DNA of 64,000 nucleotides from contig JBAYHK010000001.1 in NCBI GenBank assembly GCA_041666145.1, forward strand, positions 67,810 to 131,809. The letters are read 5' to 3'. This document shows positions 29,545-38,034 of this stretch, in pieces (within the stretch, counting starts at the first letter, position 1; each line of letters starts with the position of its first letter). Made by a program: the position numbers and the translations under genes. The notes below the pieces were generated by a model. It saw nothing but the letters and a program-made list of their open reading frames with translations. It was not told the DNA's origin and did not search any database. The DNA is from Patescibacteria group bacterium (GTDB taxonomy: Bacteria > Patescibacteriota > Patescibacteriia > UBA9934).

Positions 29545-29739
29545 TCATCTCCTTGGGGGGGAAAGGCAGAAACCCAAAAGACCAACAGCGATGCCCATGA
29601 GTCCGCCGAAAATGCCGATTACTCTCGTAACAAAGATCACCGCTGCATCAGAACTACCTACTGGCTCGTAAAAAGCGAAAGATACGAGCAACACGAGCCC
29701 AAAAAGAATCACCAGCAAATAACGGAATCTTCGACTCAC
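29545..29739 (-). CDS. Small two-TM membrane protein, cassette-array paralog 2 (64 aa)
   Basis: MSRRFRYLLVILFGLVLLVSFAFYEPVGSSDAAVIFVTRVIGIFGGLMGIAVGLLGFCLSPPRR. Confidence 0.6.
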   Translation of the reverse strand: MSRRFRYLLVILFGLVLLVSFAFYEPVGSSDAAVIFVTRVIGIFGGLMGIAVGLLGFCLSPPRR

Positions 29740-29876
29740 AGTTCACCTCTCTCTTTCCACGGAGTTTGAAGGTTATTTTCAATTCAAGCCCATCTCCGTA
29801 GTTTGTGCTTGAACGAGGAATAATGGCACAAGTTAGCCAAAAGAACAAGGCTAAAATCATTCGAATGACATCAAAC

Positions 29877-29905
29877 GGCTCCGACTCTCGTGTAGAGTTG
29901 GGGCC
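29877..29905. terminator. Terminator hairpin copy 3 (GGCTCCGACTCtcgtgtaGAGTTGGGGCC)
   Basis: Same hairpin with compensatory C/T and T/G changes, 3' of ORF 29952..30143. Also forms the 3' end of a conserved plus-strand 27-codon ORF (29823..29909, MAQVSQKNKAKIIRMTSNGSDSRVELGP). Confidence 0.75.
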
Positions 29906-29951
29906 GTGAGTTTTTTGAAGCGTTTCGAATCTCTCGATAAGCACCCTGACC

Positions 29952-30143
29952 CTATCTTCTCGAACGAAACAGGCCGAAAAGGCCAACGGCAATGCCTACC
30001 AGCGAACTGAAGACGCCGAATACTTGCACGACATACATCGTCGCCACATCAGCCGAGCCATCTTTTGGCCCATAAAAACCAAAGAAGATAAGACACGCCA
30101 ATCCGCAAAGAATCAGCAACAAAGAACGGATTCCTCTAAACAT
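29952..30143 (-). CDS. Small two-TM membrane protein, cassette-array paralog 3 (63 aa)
   Basis: MFRGIRSLLLILCGLACLIFFGFYGPKDGSADVATMYVVQVFGVFSSLVGIAVGLFGLFRSRR, about 50% identical to paralog 2. Confidence 0.6.
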   Translation of the reverse strand: MFRGIRSLLLILCGLACLIFFGFYGPKDGSADVATMYVVQVFGVFSSLVGIAVGLFGLFRSRR

Positions 30144-30281
30144 TATTCACCTCTCTCTTTTTTGCGAAGTTTGAAGGTTGTCTTCGAATCAAGCGCGTCT
30201 CCACAGTTTGCGCTTGAACGAGGAATAATGGCACAAGTTAGCCAAAAGAACAAGGCTAAAATCATTCGAATGACATCAAAC

Positions 30282-30310
30282 GGCTCCGACTCTCGTGTAG
30301 AGTTGGGGCC
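30282..30310. terminator. Terminator hairpin copy 4 (degenerate downstream T-tract)
   Basis: Same stem-loop. The flanking ~110 bp is about 95% identical to the copy-3 region. Confidence 0.6.
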
Positions 30311-30335
30311 GTTCGTATTTGCTGGGAACCTATTT

Positions 30336-30581
30336 CTAATTCGGATGTTTCAAGCTCCTCTGTCTGCAAAACGTCCGAACTTCTTCAAATCCAGCCGCCA
30401 TGGCCAGAAGCCAAACAACGGACAAGAGAACACAGAGCGCGATTGCAACAAATGGATGCTCCCTCCACAGTACAAAACGGCTCCTCGTTCCATGATCGAG
30501 CAAAATCGCCATCACAAAAAAGCTCGTGACGCTCAATGCCGCATAGAAAAACACCCTCAACCAAAGTAGCCGACTGGACAC
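30336..30581 (-). CDS. Small membrane protein, divergent cassette-array member 4 (81 aa)
   Basis: MSSRLLWLRVFFYAALSVTSFFVMAILLDHG...VAIALCVLLSVVWLLAMAAGF. Two TM helices. Same position and orientation as the other array members. Confidence 0.5.
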   Translation of the reverse strand: MSSRLLWLRVFFYAALSVTSFFVMAILLDHGTRSRFVLWREHPFVAIALCVLLSVVWLLAMAAGFEEVRTFCRQRSLKHPN

Positions 30582-30752
30582 GAATCACCTCCATGTAAAT
30601 TTGTCACCCACGTCATCAAGCTCGCCTCGCTGGCGTTCGCCTGAGTAAAGGACGGTGACATAAATTAGCGAGGAAATCAAGCCTACAATGCAAAAATCAG
30701 GCAACGTGGAAGTGAACCACGACGCCTGATTCGTTAAGAATGGCTTGAATAA

Positions 30753-31313
30753 CTAGAGTCTTGGTATCCAACTAAAGCCAACGAGCGCCTTCGGCGATCT
30801 CGACTCTAAGTCGTAAAGCGGAGCTGCCCAGACATCGAGACTCGGCCTCGACAAGGAGTAGCCGATTCGAGGGCCGATGCCGTCGAAACGCTGCGCAAGC
30901 ACACCGATCGTAACGGGTTCCGCCTTGTACGAGGCCGAAACTTTGTACCAGGGCCCGCTTCCACCGTACTCAGCAATGCCGAGGAAGCTGAGCTTTTTGT
31001 TACTTATCGACGAATAGGCCATTACTCTCCATGGAGCATCGGCGGACTCGATCCCGCCGGCGATGCCGAGAGAGATGCTCTTTTTTGGGCTCCAGGTCGG
31101 GCCGACATACGCCTCGCTCCAATTAGGCGACACAACGAACGTCGCAGTCACCGAAAGATCATGAACGGCCGGAATGTCGACGATCGCCTTGGCTCGCGGG
31201 GTTACGGCTCCCGCAACATCGATCTGATTCTCTGAGGCAAGAAGGACGAAGGGATCGGAAGCGGAGGCGGAAGCAATAACGAGAGAAGCGACGGTGACGA
31301 CGAGAGCGGACAT
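30753..31313 (-). CDS. Secreted hypothetical protein (beta-rich, signal peptide)
   Basis: MSALVVTVASLVIASASASDP signal peptide. GC-elevated. C-terminal ...ALVGFSWIPRL. Confidence 0.55.
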   Translation of the reverse strand: MSALVVTVASLVIASASASDPFVLLASENQIDVAGAVTPRAKAIVDIPAVHDLSVTATFVVSPNWSEAYVGPTWSPKKSISLGIAGGIESADAPWRVMAYSSISNKKLSFLGIAEYGGSGPWYKVSASYKAEPVTIGVLAQRFDGIGPRIGYSLSRPSLDVWAAPLYDLESRSPKALVGFSWIPRL

Positions 31314-31398
31314 GAAAGTCTCCTATATTGTTCAAGTTTCCTGCCGACAATCGGCGATCACTCTCGAACAAACAAGAATAGCAAAAATTGCACATTCT

Positions 31399-31415
31399 GT
31401 CCACAAGCTGTGGAC
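31399..31415. promoter_or_regulatory. Perfect inverted repeat GTCCACAagcTGTGGAC (two inverted DnaA-box-like TGTCCACA half-sites) upstream of the TrmB-like regulator gene; a second TTGTCCACAA lies at 31478..31487
   Basis: Seen directly in sequence. Candidate operator or DnaA-titration site. Confidence 0.35.
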
Positions 31416-31505
31416 TCTTTAAGCTCTGGAAGCCCGTATCATAAGGCATTTTCTGCTGTTGATGAGTTATTGACAACTTGTCCACAATGTTGATATTGTC
31501 GCTCA

Positions 31506-32267
31506 ATGTCTCGAGCAATGCTTGGAAAACTTGGATTCAGCGAAAAAGAAATCGAGGTCTATCTCGTGCTTCTTCAACATGGGAAAATGTCACCGGCGGA
31601 AGTCGCTAAGCTCACAAGAATCAGCAGACCAACGGTGTATAGCGTCGCGAAGGAATTGGTAAGAAAAGGCGTCGTCCTTGAAGATCTGGGCGGATCATCA
31701 CGTTCGCTCATCGCAAAACAACCAGAAGACCTCGCAATACTCGTTAATCGAGAACAAAAGGTACTCGATGCGAAAAAGACGCTCGTCGAATCTGCAATCA
31801 CAGAACTGCAAAAAGTCGCACAAAGCTCAAAATATTCAATCCCAAAAATCGTTTTCATTCCAGAAGAAGAAATCGATAACTATCTCTACAAACAAACTCC
31901 TATCTGGGACGCAAGTATTAAAAAAACGAAAACGTTTTACTGGGGCTTTCAAGATCCAAGTCTTGTTGAACACTACCAAACCTGGATTGACTGGTACTGG
32001 CAACGACCGGAAACGGCGGCATTGCGACTTCTTACAAATCAATCAAATATCGAAGAAACAATGTCGACAAAAGGGTACGCGAAACGTGAAATTCGACTCT
32101 GGTCTGGGGCGTCCTCATTCACTGCAACAACGTGGGTCATGGGGGATTATGTTGTTATGATCAACACAGGAAATCATCCTTTCTATCTCGTCGAGTTCCA
32201 TGATGCAATGATGGCGGAAAACTTACGGCAACTCTTTAGCGGAATTTGGAACACGCTTAACACATAA
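31506..32267 (+). CDS. TrmB-family transcriptional regulator
   Basis: N-terminal wHTH LGFSEKEIEVYLVLLQHGKMSPAEVAKLTRISRPTVYSVAKELVRKGVV is typical of the TrmB family. C-terminal effector-like domain. Confidence 0.7.
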   Translation: MSRAMLGKLGFSEKEIEVYLVLLQHGKMSPAEVAKLTRISRPTVYSVAKELVRKGVVLEDLGGSSRSLIAKQPEDLAILVNREQKVLDAKKTLVESAITELQKVAQSSKYSIPKIVFIPEEEIDNYLYKQTPIWDASIKKTKTFYWGFQDPSLVEHYQTWIDWYWQRPETAALRLLTNQSNIEETMSTKGYAKREIRLWSGASSFTATTWVMGDYVVMINTGNHPFYLVEFHDAMMAENLRQLFSGIWNTLNT

Positions 32268-32270
32268 TCT

Positions 32271-33116
32271 ATGCGTTTTGGAGCACATGTGTCTTCATCT
32301 GGTGGACTTTGGAAGGCGGGGCTGGCGGGAAAGAAGCTTGGGTGCGAAGTCATTCAGATCTTTTCTCGTTCACCACAAATGTTCGCCGTTAAACCCATAT
32401 CGGACGAAGACGCGAAAAAGTTTCGAATCTCAATGAAGGAAAATGGAATAAAAGAGGTTTATATCCATGCGCCGTATATCATCAATCTTGCCTCTGCAAA
32501 AAACACTACTCGATTCGGCTCAATAAAAATTCTTCGAGAAGAACTTGATCGCGGAACACAGATCGGAGCAAGGGCGCTTATGTTTCACCCGGGCTCTGCA
32601 AAGGAGCTCGGACAAAAAGAAGGCGCAGATGCTGTGATCGATGGGCTCGATCGAATTCTAGATGGCTACAAAGGAACATGCCAACTTCTCATCGAAATCA
32701 GCGCCGGGGCAGGAGAAGTAATGGGAGATACGTTCGAAGAAATCGCCGACTTCATCAAAGGCGCAAAACGTGGGAAGGAAATCGGAATCTGCCTAGACAC
32801 TCAACACGCGTTCGCCTCTGGCTACGATTTGCGAACGAAGAAAGCAGTCGATGAAACGTTAAAACGATTCGACAAACTTATCGGTCTCAAAAAACTCATC
32901 GTCATTCACTGTAATGATTCAAAAACCGAACTCGGAAGCCACAAAGATCGCCATGAGCATATCGGGCGGGGCCTCATCGGCGCCGAAGGATTCGAGGCCA
33001 TTGTTCAGCATCCGAAACTCAAACACGTCGATTTCATTATTGAAACGCCTCTTGATAAATCGGGAGATAAAAATCGAAAAGCGGATCTTGTGCTCCTGAA
33101 AAAATATTACAAATAG
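32271..33116 (+). CDS. nfo: Endonuclease IV (AP endonuclease family 2)
   Basis: HAPYIINLAS, HPGS, ICLDTQHAFASGYD and HCNDSK...DRHEHIG metal-binding motifs. Confidence 0.9.
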   Translation: MRFGAHVSSSGGLWKAGLAGKKLGCEVIQIFSRSPQMFAVKPISDEDAKKFRISMKENGIKEVYIHAPYIINLASAKNTTRFGSIKILREELDRGTQIGARALMFHPGSAKELGQKEGADAVIDGLDRILDGYKGTCQLLIEISAGAGEVMGDTFEEIADFIKGAKRGKEIGICLDTQHAFASGYDLRTKKAVDETLKRFDKLIGLKKLIVIHCNDSKTELGSHKDRHEHIGRGLIGAEGFEAIVQHPKLKHVDFIIETPLDKSGDKNRKADLVLLKKYYK

Positions 33117-33119
33117 AAC

Positions 33120-33416
33120 CTACGCGTCTACCGTTGCTCCGTCGTCAAAATAAGGAACGCCCGGTTTGATCTCACAAAAACCGGTCTCTTCATTGTAAAT
33201 AAGCGGCACCTTGAGCGGCTCTTCACGATAGGGAATGGAAGGGCAAATACACCCTCCGTCAATAAATGTTCCGCCTGTCATTCTACAAAACGTGCCCATT
33301 TTTCCGCTCTCCTCCTCATCAAAATTCTTGTCAAAATGCGGAATGCAAAGCCAGACAGCAATAATAGCCAAGAGGAGAATAAGGATGGTAACTCCGACAA
33401 TGAAGATTCGTTTCAT
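33120..33416 (-). CDS. Small Cys-rich membrane-anchored hypothetical protein
   Basis: 98 aa. N-terminal TM (IFIVGVTILILLLAIIAVWL). Six Cys. Confidence 0.45.
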   Translation of the reverse strand: MKRIFIVGVTILILLLAIIAVWLCIPHFDKNFDEEESGKMGTFCRMTGGTFIDGGCICPSIPYREEPLKVPLIYNEETGFCEIKPGVPYFDDGATVDA

Positions 33417-33437
33417 AGACTTTTTTCAGTATACGCT

Positions 33438-33674
33438 ATGAAAAGCTCAAAGATATTCGTAGAAATAGAAGTAAAAACGAATGGCAAGGAGCAGAAGGTC
33501 GAACTGGTCGAATCGCAAATCAAAGTCTCTCTCAAGTCGTCACCAATAGACGGGAAAGCAAACATCGAGCTCATTCGACTTCTTGCGAAACATTTTCATG
33601 TGCCGCAAAATCGAATCATCATCAAACAGGGAATAACGAACAAGAAAAAACGTATCGAAATTCTAGAAAGTTAA
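33438..33674 (+). CDS. DUF167/YggU-family protein
   Basis: IKVSLKSSPIDGKANIELIRLLAKHFHVPQNRIIIKQGITNKKKRIEI matches the YggU pattern. ORF-track start trimmed to MKSSKIF. Confidence 0.75.
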   Translation: MKSSKIFVEIEVKTNGKEQKVELVESQIKVSLKSSPIDGKANIELIRLLAKHFHVPQNRIIIKQGITNKKKRIEILES

Positions 33675-33689
33675 TTACGACATCGATTC

Positions 33690-33929
33690 TCACGGCTTAT
33701 CGATTCCGCCCTTTACCCACGGATGGCACCGAAGAACGCGCCACGTTCCTTTCAAAATTCCTCGAACAACGCCGTCTTTCACAATAGATTGTCGACAGTA
33801 TTCAGAACAACTCGGATAAAATGGGCAGAATCCGTATGGATACATGCGCTTCATTGGCCCATGATCGTAAGAAAGCGTTTTTTGATAAAGAACAATCGGC
33901 CATGTCGCGATATCACGAAGGCGGATCAT
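33690..33929 (-). CDS. yidD: Membrane protein insertion efficiency factor YidD
   Basis: YPYGFCPFYPSCSEYCRQSI...VLRCHPWVKGGIDKP. Confidence 0.9.
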   Translation of the reverse strand: MIRLRDIATWPIVLYQKTLSYDHGPMKRMYPYGFCPFYPSCSEYCRQSIVKDGVVRGILKGTWRVLRCHPWVKGGIDKP

Positions 33930-34264
33930 AATAACTTTGCTCGATAAAGCGCACTTCGAAGTTTTTTTTCTTTTTCTGCGTAATCTAAACCGAGCGCTGG
34001 CTTTGCTGTAAGAAGTAAAACATCAAAACCTGGTTTTATTTCTTGTATCGACTTCTGCAAAATATCCCTGTACTGCCGACGAATGCGATTTCGATCAACC
34101 GCCTTTTTACTTACTTTTATTCCAACAACCACAGCAAATCTCGACACATCCAATCCATTCTTCGCCATCTTTACCCCGCACGCCGAATCAAAAGCACCAA
34201 GCTTTGATTTCAAAACTCTCGCAATCTCCATTGATTTTCGTAACCGATATTGGGCCGAGAGCAT
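33926..34264 (-). CDS. rnpA: RNase P protein component
   Basis: RLRKSMEIARVL...RFAVVVGIKVSKKAVDRNRIRRQYRDIL signature. Lies between rpmH and yidD. Start trimmed from ORF-track 34354 to MLSAQYRLRK. Confidence 0.85.
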   Translation of the reverse strand: MLSAQYRLRKSMEIARVLKSKLGAFDSACGVKMAKNGLDVSRFAVVVGIKVSKKAVDRNRIRRQYRDILQKSIQEIKPGFDVLLLTAKPALGLDYAEKEKKLRSALYRAKLL

Positions 34265-34576
34265 AAAAGAGATCAAATTGAGACCGGACAAGACAAGGTC
34301 AAGCTGTACAAGGCTACTGAAGCGACGAGATGAAAGCGAGACAGGAAAGGACAAGACGCGGTGAAGCGTTTATTTTCGGTCAGTTTCGGTGCGCGACCAG
34401 CGAAGCTCGCGATCCCACTTCACTAAAGTTTCGTGGGATGCCTCCGAAGCTTTAGCGGAGGGGCAAACGTACTTAACGGTACGTTGAACGAATTTGCGAT
34501 GACGCAAGCCGAAAATGGCCAAAATAAACGCTTCACTCATCATAACAAAAATCCGACACTCGTCGGATTCTGTTTT

Positions 34577-34729
34577 CTAACGCGGGCGTGCAGTGACGGT
34601 AAGACGCTTCCGGCCCTTTGCACGGCGACGCTTGAGAACAATGCGGCCGTCCTTAGACTTCATGCGCTTGCGGAACCCGTGCACTTTCGCGCGCTGCCGC
34701 TTTTTCGGCTGGTACGTTCGCTTAGGCAT
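34577..34729 (-). CDS. rpmH: 50S ribosomal protein L34
   Basis: Minus-strand translation [50 protein letters not shown] (50 aa; not in the ORF track because it is under 60 aa). Confidence 0.9.
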   Translation of the reverse strand: MPKRTYQPKKRQRAKVHGFRKRMKSKDGRIVLKRRRAKGRKRLTVTARPR

Positions 34730-34904
34730 ATGTGGCGAAAAGGGTACGCGCAACCGTTTGACATGTCAATAAAACAGCGAAGACTAGAAGAAAAAATGCG
34801 TCTTTGAGAGACCCAATTTTTTAGAAACGGCTTCAGACATCCACACCAAAAACAAAAACCGAACACGAAGGTCTTTTCTAGAAAATGTGCACAAGTACCC
34901 CCGC

Positions 34905-35002
34905 TTATCCACTCTTTTTGCCACCTTATCCACACTTTCATCCACTTTTCGACAAAATTGACGGCCTTTACACCTGTGGACAATTGGCTATGCTGTGGCC
35001 AA
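34905..35002. promoter_or_regulatory. DnaA-box cluster in rpmH-dnaA intergenic region (TTATCCACT, TTATCCACA, TCATCCACT, TGTGGACAA, TGTGGCCAA)
   Basis: Five boxes within 100 bp, including one perfect consensus. Classical oriC / dnaA promoter context. Confidence 0.7.
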
Positions 35003-35056
35003 TCGTCACGTCTGTCAGGGGATTTACGCCCTGTCACGTTGGTTGCCATCGAGACT

Positions 35057-36448
35057 ATGAATACCCACGAGCTTTGGGAGGCTGTTCTAGGAGAATTGGA
35101 GCTTGTTGTTAGCAAGGCGCATTTCACTACGTGGTTCAGACATACGTTCATCTGTGACTACAAGAATGGGGAAGTTGTTATTGGCATTCCGAATACCATT
35201 ACCCAACAATGGATCAGCAAAAAGCATCATCGAGACATCATTGAGAGCATCCAAAACATCACCAACCAATCCGTTCGTAGTCTTACCTATCGTGTCGCGA
35301 TAAAAACAAACGCTACGCAGCCACTCATTATTGAAGAAAAGAAGCCGCTCATTCCAGAGGCGCACGAAGATTACGGATTCATCCCAACCGGAGGCTCTGC
35401 GGAGGGCGCCACAGGAACAGGAACGATCACAGTAAATCCTTCATACACATTCCAGACCTTCGTTGTTGGCAAACAGAATGAGCTCGCTCATGCAGCCGCA
35501 CAAGCAGTGGCAGCACAACCAGGCGGCGCCTATAATCCGCTGTTCATCTACGGAGGCGTCGGGCTCGGCAAAACGCATCTTCTTCACGCCATCGCAAACG
35601 AAATGCGCCGCCGCAATCCAAGCGTTCGAATTCTTTACGTCACCTGTGAACGCTTCACCAACGACTTCATCAACGCGATTCGTTCAGGAAAGGGAAAAGA
35701 ATTCAAAGACCGCTACCGCAACGTCGACCTTCTTCTTATTGATGACATTCAGTTCATCACAGGAAAAGAAGGAACACAGGAGGAATTTTTCCACACATTC
35801 AACGCGCTTCACCAAGAACAGCGTCAAATCGTCATTTCGTCAGACCGTCCACCAAAATCCATAGCAAGTCTTGAAAAGCGACTGCAGTCACGACTCGAAT
35901 GGGGAATGCTTGTAGATATTGGAATGCCAGATCTTGAAACGCGCATCGCCATTTTGCAAAAGAAATGCATGGAGAAAGCCTTTCAACTCGATCGTGAAAT
36001 TCTTCATTACGTCGCATCGAACATCTACTCGAACATTCGCGAGCTTGAAGGCGCACTGAACAAAATCATCGCCATCCACCAATTCCGCAACATCGAACCA
36101 ACTCTCGAAAGCGTAAAGCCGATCATTACAAGCTTTGAATCTGAAAATGTTCGGAAGACCGTTACTCCACGCCAGCTCATCTTAGTAGTCTCTGAATATT
36201 TCGACATCACCATTGAAGACATCCTTGGAAAGTCTCGCGAAAAAAAGCTCGCCTTTCCACGCCAGATCATCATGTATCTCATGCGTGAAGAGATGAAAAC
36301 GTCATACCCTGCGATCGGAAACGAACTTGGCGGACGCGACCACACCACTGCAATGCACGCCTACGGCAAAATCGCGAACCTCTTAAAAGAGGATGAAAAA
36401 CTTCAAAAGGATCTCGAACTTATAAAACAGAAACTTTACGCGGGATAA
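35057..36448 (+). CDS. dnaA: Chromosomal replication initiator DnaA
   Basis: AAA+ Walker A GGVGLGKTHLL. Box VII and C-terminal DNA-binding domain. ORF-track start trimmed to MNTHELW. Confidence 0.95.
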   Translation: MNTHELWEAVLGELELVVSKAHFTTWFRHTFICDYKNGEVVIGIPNTITQQWISKKHHRDIIESIQNITNQSVRSLTYRVAIKTNATQPLIIEEKKPLIPEAHEDYGFIPTGGSAEGATGTGTITVNPSYTFQTFVVGKQNELAHAAAQAVAAQPGGAYNPLFIYGGVGLGKTHLLHAIANEMRRRNPSVRILYVTCERFTNDFINAIRSGKGKEFKDRYRNVDLLLIDDIQFITGKEGTQEEFFHTFNALHQEQRQIVISSDRPPKSIASLEKRLQSRLEWGMLVDIGMPDLETRIAILQKKCMEKAFQLDREILHYVASNIYSNIRELEGALNKIIAIHQFRNIEPTLESVKPIITSFESENVRKTVTPRQLILVVSEYFDITIEDILGKSREKKLAFPRQIIMYLMREEMKTSYPAIGNELGGRDHTTAMHAYGKIANLLKEDEKLQKDLELIKQKLYAG

Positions 36449-36734
36449 ATTGTGCATACATTGTGACAGTGCTGTGAACTGTGGATGCAGTGGGGAAAAG
36501 GCAGTGGAGTGATGGGTGTATTTCCATGTGGAAGAGGGTAGGATAAACAGTGATCAAAAACAGTAAACAATGAGGTCGACAAAATACTCCACACCAACGT
36601 CACCGACGTCGCCTCAATTCATCCACGGAAGGAAATTCAAAATCGCACTGGCACTAACCGCAATAATCGCTTATCCCCGCCATCCACACCCCTTACTGTT
36701 ACTACTGTTTGGAATAAAGAATTAAATCCTGAAT

Positions 36735-37868
36735 GTGAAGCTCTCTTGTACGCGAGAAAACTTATATCAAGGTCTTTCCATTACCAGTCATACCGGAGGA
36801 AAGAATGCGAACCTTCCGATTCTTAATAACATTCTTCTTCGAGCAGACATCGGCGGCTTAAAGCTCACCGCGACAAACCTCGAGTTAACGATTACCTGTA
36901 CGATTCGAGGGAAGGTAGACCAGCCTGGCGAATACACGCTTCCAGCAAAACTCTTTGTTGATTACGTTTCCCTTCTTCCAAATGAGCGCGTTGATCTTGA
37001 TCTTCTTGACCATGCGCTTTCAGTAACGTGCGATAAAACAAAAACAAAAATCAACGGACTTCCGGCGAATGAATTTCCACTCATCCCTCCAGTCACGGGA
37101 GGGGTCAGGTTCGTTGTTCCGGCCTCTGCGTTCGACGCAGCGCTCGGAAACGTTCTCTTTGCCGTTGCGACGAATGAAGCGCGTCAGGCGCTCACTGGAG
37201 TCTTCATGCATTTTGACGGGCTGAATGATCAAGTCGTTCTTGCTGCAACGGATAGTTATCGACTTGCAGAAAAAATTATTCCTCTCGCAGAGCGTGTAGA
37301 GGGCGAGCGCAAGACGATCGTTCCGTCGCGAACGCTTGCAGAGCTTCGTCGTATTTTGAGCGTGCTTCGAGACAACGCAGACGCGCCAGAGAACGTAGAT
37401 ATTGAGCTTACGGAAAGTCAGATTGTCTTTCGATATGGAACCGTTGAGCTTTCATCTCGTACTGTTGAAGGCGTGTACCCAGATTATCGACAGATTATCC
37501 CGAAGTCGGCATCAACAGAGATCACGGTCGATAAGGGCGCCTTTGCTCAGGCAATTAAGCGAACAAGTCTTTTTTCTAAAGCTGGACTTTTCGATGTGAA
37601 GCTTGAAATTAATCCAGTCGATAAAAATATTACACTTTCTGCTGCAGATGTCGGACGTGGCGAGAACACGGTTTCGATCGAAGGCGACGTCACGGGGATT
37701 GCGAGCGCCGCTGTTCTGAACTTTCGCTATTTACTCGACGGTGTGAATGCGATGTTGTCAGATCGAGTGGTTTTGAAGTTTATCGACGCGATGAATCCTT
37801 GCGTGGTGGTTCCTGAGAATCGTCCAGGAGATAAATATCTTTACATTGTGATGCCAATTCGGCAGTAG
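36735..37868 (+). CDS. dnaN: DNA polymerase III beta subunit (sliding clamp)
   Basis: 377 aa. Three-domain clamp pattern. Follows dnaA. Confidence 0.9.
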   Translation: MKLSCTRENLYQGLSITSHTGGKNANLPILNNILLRADIGGLKLTATNLELTITCTIRGKVDQPGEYTLPAKLFVDYVSLLPNERVDLDLLDHALSVTCDKTKTKINGLPANEFPLIPPVTGGVRFVVPASAFDAALGNVLFAVATNEARQALTGVFMHFDGLNDQVVLAATDSYRLAEKIIPLAERVEGERKTIVPSRTLAELRRILSVLRDNADAPENVDIELTESQIVFRYGTVELSSRTVEGVYPDYRQIIPKSASTEITVDKGAFAQAIKRTSLFSKAGLFDVKLEINPVDKNITLSAADVGRGENTVSIEGDVTGIASAAVLNFRYLLDGVNAMLSDRVVLKFIDAMNPCVVVPENRPGDKYLYIVMPIRQ

Positions 37869-37920
37869 GGATTAAAAAACGTCCTAATTCTCTTTCGAGT
37901 TTTGGGACGTTTTTGTTATT

Positions 37921-38012
37921 TCGTCATTGCGAGGAAGGTAATCCTGACGAAGCGATCCAGGCCAGGCTCACATAAAGATTGCTTCGTTAGGATTACCTTC
38001 CTCGCAATGGCT
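37921..38012. repeat. REP/MITE-like element copy A: 29 bp inverted repeat CATTGCGAGGAAGGTAATCCTGACGAAGC / GCTTCGTTAGGATTACCTTCCTCGCAATG with 27 nt spacer
   Basis: Seen directly. The same about 40 bp motif recurs at 52401 and 60240, always just after a terminator. Confidence 0.7.
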
Positions 38013-38034
38013 GACCTCTAATCAGTGAGCGAGT

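Noticed and set aside
30024-30569. 181 aa plus-strand ORF across cassettes 3-4
   Set aside because: It reads through the conserved leader and the degenerate terminator, antisense to two well-formed small membrane-protein genes. It has composition bias. It is probably a fortuitous read-through caused by loss of the stop in cassette 4.
28905-30585. Cassette array interpreted as an integron
   Set aside because: The hairpins are perfect GC-rich stems followed by T-tracts (terminators), not attC-like imperfect sites with extrahelical bases. No intI next to the array (the only tyrosine recombinase is 12 kb away, with tRNAs). Each cassette has its own RBS and leader.
34433-34807. 124 aa plus-strand ORF
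   Set aside because: Antisense shadow of rpmH (L34). The minus-strand translation is a textbook L34.
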